From positions 841,345 through 905,344 of the forward strand of contig NMRA01000023.1 of NCBI GenBank assembly GCA_002633005.1: 64,000 bases of DNA, in the 5' to 3' direction. Positions 1 through 11,330 of this stretch are shown piece after piece. The notes under the pieces are model-generated. The model was not told the origin of the DNA. It made no database searches and was given only the letters and a program-made list of their open reading frames with translations. Each line of letters begins with the position of its first letter. Within the stretch, counting starts at the first letter, position 1. The stretch is from Phoronis australis (taxonomy: Eukaryota > Animalia > Phoronida). The position numbers and the translations under genes are program-made.

Positions 1-127
1 GACTTTTCGATAGTTCTTGTTTGCTCAGGGGATGCAAATGGAAATCACTGCGTGAGTATACCTGTGTCAACAACCAGGAGAACAAAATAATATTAACAGC
101 AGTCCATGCGGAAAAGTCACGTGATGT

Positions 128-215
128 TTAGTATCGATGTCCCACTTGCTGTGCTTTGTACGGTTGGAATTTAACAGGACCCTGGGGAGCGATACCGGAG
201 AGACCCACCGCGTTT
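128..215 (-). CDS. PDZ gene, putative terminal coding exon
   Basis: Acceptor atatttcag|A. Phase-2 entry reads (R)NAVGLSGIAPQGPVKFQPYKAQQVGHRY* with TAA at 130-128. No homology recognised. Confidence 0.55.
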
Positions 216-3200
216 CTGAAATATCACAAACGTAAAAAGTAACATATTAATGATATTACGAAAGATTGTCCTTAAAGTTGTGTAGTAACTTATCTGTGCA
301 TTTATTGAAAGCGTGCAAAGCCTGTAGAATTTGATTTTTGACTTTTTCCAATATGTTATTAATTGAGTCAAGTGACCATATCTTTTAGTAAAATTTAGGA
401 AAAGAAGTGTACGTGTACATAGGCAGCAAAACAACGATATCAATAACATGATCAATTTGATTTGATACAATTATTCAATGCAAGATACCAAAAACGTTTT
501 ACAATTTTATTCATTGTCATTTCGTTTTCGTTTAATGCGTCTTAAAGACTTTTCATGAAAATCATAAATGTCCTGTATTCGATAGCCCCTCGTACAGAAG
601 TTGAACATCTGAAAACAATTCCTCAAATCCTTTATGAGAACAGCGCATAAAGCATAGCGTCTGAGAGTTTCTGTCACCTCTCAGCTTTACAAAAAGACAT
701 GATCAAATGAATCAATTAATGATTTGTAAGCAGTCTAAAATTGAATGCAGTCGTTCTACTTTCAGAAAATATACATTTTTACTATACGTTAAAATACATA
801 GTTTTGTAGACATTTGGTTGAATACGTTGACTTCTCAACAAGGTCCTATGTACATGTACATGTACTGTACATGTACATGTACATGTGCAGTACATGTATA
901 GCCTTAATACACGTGTGTTGTAACAACGGGCAAGGAATCGCTCAATACTGGAACGTTTAGGCAAAGGATCACTTAAATTTTACTAAGAATATTCATTGCA
1001 TGTGTACGATGCTTTCCTACAATTACATGTAAAACAGACCGCACAAAAACTAGAACAATAAAAACAAAAGCATTAGCACTGACTTCCATGCGGGGTGGTC
1101 ACTCATGTTGACAAGGTCCCCGCAGGCGTATACCAAGACCTGCGGGTAGGCGGTACTATCTCAGCAAGGTTTGCCGCACCCGGCGCGCGGTCCAACAGGC
1201 CCTTAAATTTCCACTTCATTCCCGAAAAAGGACCTCTGTATTGGCCTCAGCCCCGCTGAAGGCGAACTGGCCATCTTTCTATCCTCGCAAAAGGGGGTGG
1301 GAATTAACATACCTCGCACCCGCAAAAGAGTGTCTGTCATAAATTTTTGGTAACGCCTGCGGACACCTCATTGTTAATATGAGTGACCCCCCGGATTTAC
1401 GTGTAATCATAACTAAGCGAAGCATACTTTGTGTTGATGTAACTATTGTTTGTTATAATACAACTAATTGTAAATGAGTAATTGTTGACTTCCATTCCAT
1501 TGATTTGGTTGAGGCGGATTCTCAACTGAGAGGATCACGGATCTCCCCAACTTTGGCCATAGCACTTGTTTATTTTACAAGTAACAAAGCAATTCTGAGT
1601 TACCTCTGTACTGTGAGAACTAGTTGGTTACCAGTTCGCTTTATCATCTGTTGCGCATCAAGATGAGACAAATTCCTTGTATCCTTGCCGTTGATTGCCA
1701 AAATTGAGTCTCCGGGATTGAGGTATCCTTGTGAAACTGAGCCGGGTTCAACCTGAGAAGCAAAATTACTCCGACTTTAAAGTCCTACTTGCAAACTAAT
1801 AACTGCTTGCGAATGCAATATTAGACGACATCGGCGAGTGCAACTATATCTACCATAAGCAAGTGATAGTCTCATCGTTTTGATTTTAAAACTATTTTAT
1901 AGTCTACATACCCCGACAGCATTGCTACGCTGCCGACAAGATAAATAGAAATGAGACTTATCAGTTTCCTGCATTTGCAATTGATTTTACTTCAAAAGCC
2001 GACACAACCGGCGGTACGTAAATGCCACAATCGTTATCGGAAGATTCCGACAATGATGATCGGGTGATGTTGACAGACAAGTATTTCTGGTCCGCCAATA
2101 GAGGACAGTGCTGCCGAACCACTATCATGGTCCGGGGTCTAATCTTTTTACTAGCAATCGAACTTGACAACATTTTTGACATTTTTTACATTACTTTTGT
2201 GCTAGCTCGAGATACATGTACATGTGTATTAAATTACTCTACGCCCGAATTCATAATGGCTTACATGAATGACTGTCTCATCCTATTCTGCACCTGATGA
2301 CCCCAACATTGAGACGAAAAGTTTGAGATTAGCCTACGAGTTTTTAAATGAATTTTTCGACTGATTACTCGAGTTAGTTGCTCGAATCTAGTGGTCATCA
2401 ACCTTGGACTCACTAGTAACTCATGTGCATAAACCATAATACAGCTGAAAACAGAATAACAGATGAGCACTGATCTTAGCACAAACTACTGAGTTGGGTA
2501 TAGAGTGTGTAAAAAATAATTACGAGTTCGATTTCGAGTAAACGATTATAAGACTCCGGGCTCAGATGGCACGTGTTGGCTTCGTGTGACGCAGTAGCTA
2601 GATGTACATGTAGATGAACTTTTCTTTCAACAAGTATGACACCTTTTTAACGACGGTTACAGTGATGTAACGTTTTCTCTGCTTCTCGTCTGAATCAAAA
2701 TTTCGGCTTACACGAGAATGCACAGGCTTTCCATTAGTCTCCGAGTGCACACACTTCATAGCCTAAATTTTGCAACAAAAAGAAATCCGTTGAAGATTTT
2801 TGGAAACCCTGCTATACAATCTCCTGTGCCATCCGGAACACCTCGGCTATTTCCAGAGCCTCAAATGCCTCGGAGTCGCTTTGTGTATTTGCCCATGTGT
2901 GGAATGCAGTCACACAGCCAATCATTCTCCGTTTTGAAAGTCACCTCTGAGGGGAAATACTCGAGCTGTTCCGGAAGCCTCGTGTGCGATAATTGTGAAA
3001 AGGCATTGATTTAAGCATGTACATATATTGCACGACCCTAGCAATCTCTGAAGATCATGTATCAGGACTGATTGGATTCAAATGAAAGGTGAGTATGAAA
3101 TCAAAATCTGGAATAATGAATGTTTTCTATTTTCAGAAAGTATCTACTTTTCCTTAGTTAAATTTCATAGTTTCCTAGATATTTTCTTGAGAGCATGCAC

Positions 3201-6200
3201 ATACTAGTCGATAAGGTCCTATAACCTTACAGAGGGATTCACAGGTAGTTACAACAATGTTGTTTTGTCCAGTCATTATAAATGTCCGATTTTCGCTAAC
3301 GAACAGTCTCCTTTTCATCTCTAAAAACAGAGCTTGGGACACTCACGCATTCAAAATGCGGTACATTTGATAACGCACACTGATAATCTAAGTGCACCTT
3401 TAATATACATGTAACTATAGCACTAGCAAGCAACGAACCATAAAAATTCAGCTGTGTTGTGCTAAGCATTGAAGTAACCTGCTGCAAGATTCACACATCA
3501 CCCCGAGTATAGAATTCCTGGAAGCCAACACTAAACAGGCGCATAATATAAATTACCTTTGCGTGTGTTTAAGCGGCGAACTTACCAGTTCGCAGGCGCC
3601 ATTGTCAGTTTATCTGACATGCTCGATTCCCAGGCTAACTAGTCGCGAGGATCGGTGAAAACATATTTAAGTTTTTGAGATTGGTATGTTCTTAGAGAGC
3701 TGTGGCCAAATGTTTAAAACAGCCATAATAAATTTTCAGAGCATTTTGGGCACTTTTTCCATTTTTTAGCTTTGATACACAGGGAGACTAACACTCGATG
3801 TTGAATTCTAAATATTGTTGAACATAAACAAGGACATTTCACGTACCGTACACAATGTAAGGACTTGGTCTATATTTTCATTGTAGTGCAGGCTCAATTT
3901 TCAGAAATCATCTTTTTCAGAAGTTGTCACAAGTTGAAGAAGAACTCTCAATTAAAATCAAACGATGAAAAATATAACATTAGGCTGTAGCCACAATTAA
4001 AAAATGCGCTAAAAATTTAGCAACTTTCCATTTCACGCAATTGACCATTGACGTACGAAGGCAATTAAGTGTAGGTCTACTTCGACAACAAAAATGTTTT
4101 TTACATTTATCAAACGCATTAGTTTACCTATAAATTCCATGGAAAGTTTCGTACAGTAGCTCTCCGCCCTCACCTCGTCACGGAATGACGTGCCTTCAGT
4201 TGAGTGGGAGAATGTGTTTTTTAGATCAAGACGCCGAGAACTTAGTTGCATCCTTAATTTAGCGAGGTTCCCTAGACGACTACGAATGATCTGAAGGTTT
4301 GTATTCATAATATCATGCGTGGTGAAACATCGCTGTGCTACTGAATTTTGATAAGCATAACCCTGTCCTATACATGTAATTCAACAAGATTATGAAGACT
4401 CCTGATGCAAACATTGTAAAGTTTGTATATTTAGGAACAGTGAGGAAAGAAAAGCTTTTGAACTAGATGTTTTGTGATTAACTGTGCTTGTATATATGTT
4501 TGTTATTGTGCTTTGGGCCTTTGACCTTGAATACAATAAAGTGTGATACAGAGAATCCGAGAACCTGCAACACAGGAACCAAGCGCGTCGACGATATTCT
4601 CATCTTCACATCATTATCATCATTAATACACCCAGAATGATTCTGTGCATTTTGTCACTGAGACCAATGCGATCTCAGTGTCGGATTTAGGGTGTGGGGC
4701 AAAGGGGCCATGGCCCCATAAAATTCTCCCACATTCCATTCAACACTTCGGGGGTTCGAATGTCTGACGAGCAAAATCCTGGCTGATCTACTCTGCCCTG
4801 CTCCCCCCTATAACTAAAAATCCTGAATCTGCCCCAGATCTATGATCAAAATCTGTGTTCATTGTAGCTCAAAACAATTGAAAGAGTGAGTTGACTGCAG
4901 ATATGTTGACTTGACGAAGGATTGGCATGTACGACGGTGATGATCAGCATTTTTTAAAATGTTTAAAAACAGTTCCAGTAATGGAAACAACACCAACAAA
5001 CATCAATAGGGGGCGTGCAAGTCAGCAATGCTCTCATTTGAATAGGAACACAGCTCAGTTTCACCTTTAATCATATAATTTTTCAGCCAGTTTAGTGTAT
5101 AGGGAGATGAATGACAAAGAACATACAGAAAGTAACAAAAACTGCCACTAGGGGGCTCATCGTCAAATCCGTTTGAAACTGGTCAGGTGATGCCGTCTAC
5201 GTGACAGTAACCTAATTGTCACTTCTCAGATTTCAACATCCATGCAGGGAACTTGTTAGACATCAAGCAAACGCAAATCAAAAAAAAAAATGGCACTAGA
5301 GGGCTCCAAGGTAGTTGGTCGGGTATACTCTCCTCACTTGAAATGTGTACCAAACTTCACGAAGATCCGTCAACGGATTTGGTTGATACTTATTGCCACT
5401 AAGAGGCACCACAGTCATTGTCAGTCGTGCTCATCACATACTCTAAGACTTTACCAATCTTCTTAACGAGCCTACGCCAAGAAGCCGACTCGTAAACACT
5501 AAAATTGGTCACTGGGTGGAGTACGATTGAATCTAGACCTATAATGGGAAGGCAGTATCGTCAATTTAAAGTTATGTAAGACCCTAGAAAAATGTCCAAC
5601 TTCGAAAAACCTATCTCATAAATGGCTGGTCGGTACTAGGCTTTATGCACAGCTATAGGAAATACTAATGCAGTTCTTTATAAAATATTCACTTGTGCAT
5701 AAGCGGCTATCGAGTATTTTACAATAACTTAAAAATAAAGTCGCATAAAACGAAAATGAAACTTTAATTAAAACAAATCTGTAACAGCGAATTCCAGATT
5801 TTTCTTACACCATTTCTATCAAACATATTATTGTTGTTTTGCTATGAATGTACCTTTCTGTTATTCCCATGACAATGTAGTCACATGACCTGATTGATGA
5901 CAGATTGGTATAAAGTCAAAAATCAAATTGTACACTAGAATTTCTACTTTCAGATATTTGGCTAAATGTATAGCCTTGCCGATAAGGTCCAACATAACCT
6001 TAATTTGCTAAATTTCATGAAAATCAATTCCGACAAGGCGCGTTCTGAAGAAGCATAGACAATCCGTAAATACTGAAATTATCACTACGGGGCACACCTG
6101 TAGTCGAATCAGTTCTAAAGACAACGTTGTTCGTTGCCACATTTATGAGAATGCTTTTTCCAAATTTAACAAAGATCATTCAAGTGGTTTCAATCGGGGA

Positions 6201-8244
6201 TACATCCGCGGACGAAAAATCGAAAACAAAACTGCCACCGACTCAGGGCAGCCACAGTACTCGGAGCCGTCTGAAAATTAACCGGTGAAACACTGCACTT
6301 ACAGTATATCGCATTGAACACTGACATCTCCCAATTTTTATAACGACTCTGAGTGGTTCCCGCAACGGTTTAGAAGAGGGATGCAGCTGTAGACGCTGGA
6401 CGGATGAACGTCAACATGCGAGCACATATACATTCCCTACGTTAGCGCATAAAAATTTAATAAAACACCCGACGGAGGTGTGAGATACAGTGGGGTATAA
6501 ATCACCACTTTGCTCTTTGCATGTACTGCAACGTGTACTAAGAGCACATTTAGGCTCGTGCGCCTGTATGTGAATTTACGCCTAAACTTATATCCAAATG
6601 CAGGTGTATATGTGTACAGACACCCGTCAAATTAATGAACTGGTACGTAAAGTCAACTAAAGAGTCAATAGTTCAGGAGCACGCACGTGTAGGGCCTACA
6701 CATCGTAACAAGAAAAAGTGGAACAACATCTTTCAATCTGTCCCACTTACTGCACAGGTGGTATAATAAGCTTAAGATTACGGAAATCAATGAGTTGTTT
6801 CTTACATGTACATGTATCCTGGAAACAATTGGCTTCAATCACACGGAACAGTGGCGGATCTACGTTTTCAGTAAGGGGGGGGTTAGGATTCCCGCAAAGG
6901 TCGAATCCGAGGCGCGTGGCGCCGAGCGGGGGGGGGGGNTGTTGGAACATCTGCTTACACACACCTTTTAGCGGCAATCGAAAAAGTGTGGTGTGTATAC
7001 AGGGGCTTAGACAACTACCAAATATTCAAGAGCATAAGGAGCACCGACGAGGCGTAAAAACTTGAGCATCAGATGATCGCAACAGCCTCAAGCTGTTTAA
7101 GAACGAAGACCTGTACTGTTAGTCCGGAACTGTAAACATTTGTTCTGTCTCGTTACGAGAAAAACTGGCGAACGATGGTCGTCTCAGCTCATAGTCTATT
7201 ACTAAAAGCAACAATAAACAATTAAGTATCACTTTATTAAGCTGAATCACGTTGACAACAATTGAAAAACGTCAAATGTATCAGGAAACAAATCATCTGA
7301 AAACAGTTTCACGAAACCAAACCACTCTGTAGGCCTACACCGTGGTGAAAAGAAATACAGGAGCAGTTCGCAGAGGGACCAGATGTACACTGACAGTACA
7401 CAAAAACTCTGGCCTGGTCCGTCACGAGACCAAAAGTACACCTGTGCTTATTATCCCTATAAAAATAGTCGATCTGTCGCGGGACCAAACAGTACTGGTA
7501 GAGATACATGTAAATAGATTTACAAAGCACACTTTGTTAAAAAACATCACAAGACTAGTTCGCCGTGGGACCAGAAGTACACTGAAACTCGATATCTACA
7601 CAAATCAAGCTGGCCTTGTCCGTCGCGAGACCTAAAGCGTACTTCGCAAAAAACTTACCAATGCGAACAAACCATTTCAAAGACCAGTGTTTATCCGCGT
7701 CTAAAAGTGTATAGCTTAGGAACGTGCATCTGCATGCGAGGCCTTTGAGCATTGCAAAAGTGTATGTTGAAAAAAAAAACACGTAATCCTTTGATATCAA
7801 GACGAAAGGCCTTATAAAGGCGCGCATGGACGTGCACACGGCCACGACGAATGATGGTCTAGGTTCTGTCGTAGGAGATTGAAATACTCACTTCGTTTAA
7901 GTGCATAATAGTTGGCAACTTAGGCAACGATTCCTTGCCATTTTCGTTCATTTTCGAGTTACTTTTTGTTTTTTGAAAGCACTTTGTAAAATTCAGTGTC
8001 CCGTCACGGACGGTACCTAATAGTCAAAATTCAATAACTTTATTTATTACCCTTTAGTAACTGCTGATGGAACACTTGAGAAATCGCATTAGAATGTGAT
8101 TCTATGTAGTCAAGAAAGAATACGCCATACCTTTTTTATGGACAGCTGCATTCGGTAGTCGCGTCCTCCTTGTAAACGAAATCCCCAGGGTAACCGAGCG
8201 TCACTCCTCTGTAACTGAACTGAAACGGTAGGACCCACATTCAT
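128..8244 (-). CDS. Zasp/PDLIM (ALP-Enigma family)-type PDZ protein, spliced; join(8131..8244,1604..1752,128..215), ~116 aa
   Basis: Exon 1 gives MNVGPTVSVQLQRSDARLPWGFRLQGGRDYRMQLSIKK, carrying the PWGFRLxGG signature of PDLIM/Zasp PDZ domains. Exon 2 gives VEPGSVSQGYLNPGDSILAINGKDTRNLSHLDAQQMIKRTGNQLVLTVQR. Boundaries are GT-AG and phases (0, 2) are consistent. The last exon is inferred from acceptor and frame only. Confidence 0.85.
848..900. repeat. (TACATG)n imperfect microsatellite
   Basis: tgtacatgtacatgtactgtacatgtacatgtacatgtgcagtacatgta. Confidence 0.85.
1091..1393. mobile_element. ~300-bp MITE
   Basis: Imperfect terminal inverted repeats: cggggtggtcactcatgttgacaa ... ttgttaatatgagtgaccccccg. 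No coding capacity. Confidence 0.6.
1604..1752 (-). CDS. PDZ gene, second coding exon (C-terminal half of the PDZ domain)
   Basis: cttctcag|GTT...CAGAG|gtaact; LNPGDSILAING and LSHLDAQQMIK motifs typical of PDLIM PDZ domains. Confidence 0.92.
4990..6500. repeat. Degenerate core-repeat element, possibly Helentron/DINE-like non-autonomous
   Basis: Recurrent sub-motifs (C)CACTAGRGGGC and ccaaa(c/t)tt(c/t)a..aagatc. A related unit lies at ~3120-3290 (gataaggtcc..ataacctta also at ~5981-6002). Boundaries and family are approximate. Confidence 0.4.
6849..7660 (+). mobile_element. Truncated left part of the hAT-like element at 46749-49451
   Basis: Starts with the same TIR cagtggcggatctacg and aligns by eye to 46749-47755. 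About 220 bp are missing at the N at 6939. Confidence 0.8.
8131..8244 (-). CDS. PDZ gene, first coding exon
   Basis: ATG at 8244-8242, PWGFRLQGGRDY motif, donor AAG|gtatgg. An upstream acceptor tttctttctcattag at 8256 implies a further 5' exon (candidate donor CAAG|gtacgt at 10138/10137). Confidence 0.92.
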
Positions 8245-9367
8245 ATTGACAAGGTCTAATGAGAAAGAAAACGGAAAGTTTTACTCCACCGCAAAAGCAC
8301 TAGATAATTACGACCTTATGCAGCGGGGAGTTGCAAAAACAGCGGCCAAAAATAACCTTGAACTGTCTGTCCGTGTCTTATATGATGATAGTGGGCATCG
8401 CATCGATGTATGCTGAGAAAAATATGCGGTGAAGGGTGTTTCTGGCCTTCAAATTGTGTTCCCATGGTTACGGGATGAAAGATGGATTAGGTTAATCGTC
8501 AACCTTCCGAAACCACTTACACCAAAATGGGGTAGTGCTGCGAGGGTTATCAAGCAAGCGTTTAGCGATTTGTTAGTAATCTCGCGCTACCGAAGATTGG
8601 TTTGGCATTAGCGATAATTTTAACGCCAGGGAACTGCTAGTCGAAACAGAACCAATTCGTTCAGCGGCTGCAGGTGATAGAAATCGTCAATGCATACATG
8701 TACATGTAGTTTTGAAAGACGAACACGTGGATACACCACGGTGACCAGGGGAATGATCGAATGAGAGCATGCCATTGAAGCAATGGCGACAGTACAATTT
8801 CTTATCAGTCCCAAAGGATGATGTTCAAACTGCTATTCTTAGTTTGCTACAAACATGTACGCATGGGCGGTATATTTTACGTTTGAAAACAAATACGTTG
8901 AAGTATTCAGTCCGCATGTACGGCAAGCAATCTTCGCTTTAAGACAAAATTCATTTTAACACAGAGCGTTATTGTTTTATCTATACAAGCAATTCAAGAA
9001 CGTTACGCAGATAGAGAGCCTGGTTCCAATATGACTTCACAGCTCTACTTTATAACGAACTGGAGCTATGTGTCCGTGATTGCAAGCTCGAAGTTACGGT
9101 TTACAGAGATCATATATGCAACTAGATGACTAGACCCGAGCCAATAATTCGACTCGTTCAAATGAGAAATTTTGAGTTCAGACTCGACTGGGAAGTGCAA
9201 CTTTAAAGCTAGAAAGCTACTACAGTCGGATTGTACACCCGTCTTTGTGAACCACTAAAAAGTGCTCGAGTCCACGATACCAGATACTTCGCAATAGAGC
9301 AAAATAATGTAGTTAGATCATAGCAGCCTTTCGTTTACCCAAACTTCGTTGAAACCACGATTATCGG

Positions 9368-9805
9368 ACTTTTTGTTTGAAAGCTTTATACTTATTCGCT
9401 CGTAGTGTCAGAAAAATCTCCTTTATTCAGGTTTGCGGCTGTGTAATAGACTGCATATGTCTCATCACAAGGCAATAAGTGGAATGACCGTATACAGTAC
9501 GTAAGTACCGAAATAAACAGTGAAATACACGTGACAGCGGGATATGGGGCATACATGTACAAGCAGAGAGAGAGAGAGGGAGGGAGGGAGGGAGAACACA
9601 CCGTGTGTCCAATTTCGTATGTATTCATTCCACTTATTGCCTGATGATGAGACATGCAGTCTGGAAATATACATGTACATGTAGCTCAGTAGTGTTTTAA
9701 TTTGTTTGTTTGCTATGTCTCTTGCTGTGTAGTTACAGACCTCAAGAGAGGAGATTGTTCCGACACTGCCAGCGAATCAGCATCAAGCTTTCAAACAAAA
9801 AGTTA
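9368..9805. repeat. Interspersed repeat with inverted ends and internal (AG)n/(GGGA)n; related fragments at ~57960-58040 and ~58560-58800
   Basis: actttttgtttgaaagctt ... aagctttcaaacaaaaagt; the internal ggcaataagtggaatga is shared with ~58714. Confidence 0.6.
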
Positions 9806-11010
9806 AGTCGTACTACGAAATAAAGCAAATACTAAAATGTCAAAGACAGTTATCTGCTTTCAGAAGAGTTATAGTGACTCGTCATCACCATGAGTGTCGT
9901 TAACGCGGTAGTGTCAGTGAGTTCTATGCCAAAGGTAGGCCCTTTAACAGAAATATTTTTCACGTACATATGTTTCGGCATGCTCCTAACTATGATACAT
10001 GTATATACAACAGGAGCTAAACAACAAAGGTATTTGAATTTGATCTGCGCTAAACAAAGTGCAGTTGTTTTCATTGACAATTTATAAACGTTAAAACAAA
10101 AACATGAAAATAGGAGACCTTTGCACTAGTGACGTACCTTGGGGGCTCACATAACTCGCATCATAGGCGGATTTAATCCCCCCTCCCTTGGATGAGGAAG
10201 CAAAATGAAACAGCAGTGTGAAGCGTGATGAAACATTGAGTTCAGTAACCAGGTCTGGTAACGGACGAGGGGAGGAGCTCGTACGCCATCGTGTTCCCGT
10301 TTTTTCTTTAGTCCACCGATAGATTTTCTGAACAAAAGGTCCACATCCCGGGCCCCGCCCCCCACAACTTCCGGGCCGCCTGTGCACGTACAGCCGCGCT
10401 TTGCCCAATTCCACGAGGCAACATGTTCGCGCCCCCCGCCCCTTATGGTATCCTAGGTCCGTCACTGCGCATCATGCAGTGTTATTACCCAACACCACGT
10501 CACGATAATTACGGCATACTGTTGCGTGATTTACATGTACATGTACGGCGGGCCATTAAAACGTGGCAATTTTCAACTTACTTCATATTTACATCGTCAC
10601 CATATGTTGTGTTTCTAACTAATTTGACCAATCACAGAGGTAAGGAATAAAAGAGTAAGTTCCACTTTAAAGCACACTTGGCCGGCATCCAATAATGAGA
10701 CATCGGGTAGACACTATGGCTTATTTTGTTAGATACAGGTACGTATATGCCGCAACACAAATTCTTGTTAAGGCTGCTGCTAATTAAAGTCTACCGTGTA
10801 CCCCTTTTTATAAAAAAATAACCGGCAAGACGCACGGAGGATGAACGATTGAAGCCGAGCCATATCATGTCTAAATTCTCTGCGATGCCATGTCTTATTG
10901 CAGACGAGCGCATAACATTGAAAGCGGGTACTAAACTGTGAAAAGAGACGAAAGGGGCTCCGTGGAAAATAGCCTCGTTACAGGCTCGAGCGCGCTGACT
11001 GCACGGACTT

Positions 11011-11020
11011 CCTTATATGG
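11011..11020. promoter_or_regulatory. Consensus CArG box (SRF site) upstream of the PDZ gene
   Basis: CCTTATATGG matches CC(A/T)6GG exactly, within acttCCTTATATGGgaagt. GC boxes at ~10353 and ~10432. Function is inferred. Confidence 0.4.
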
Positions 11021-11330
11021 GAAGTTGATTCTGGGACATTGGTATTCATTCAAATGTGTTGGAATTTCCAACCAATAAAACACATGGAATTAAAGGTGTA
11101 AGAGAATTTTTTGGACGAGGGAACCAATCTGTGTCCTTGGGAAAGCCAGTCCTCGAGCGTTCGGCTATGTTACTCAACATCATTTCTATGACGAGAGCAG
11201 ACTAGACCGCGACGATATTGAGGCTCGTTCCAAGAAACTGACCTAAGTTCATTTTTGACTTACTCTAAGATTTGTCTCAACTCTCCAACTTTGAAACTTC
11301 CACGTCTGGTACTGAGATAGTCAATATTAA

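Noticed and set aside
3586-3620. Possible alternative first exon of the PDZ gene (ATGTCAGAT...AACTG|gtaagt, minus strand)
   Set aside because: Its donor is phase 2, incompatible with the phase-0 exon at 1752, and there is no homology support.
7366-7645. CRISPR-like repeat-spacer array (also at 47470-47745)
   Set aside because: Repeats are degenerate, spacing is irregular (51-87 bp), spacers are nearly the same in both copies, there are no cas genes, and the context is a eukaryotic transposon.
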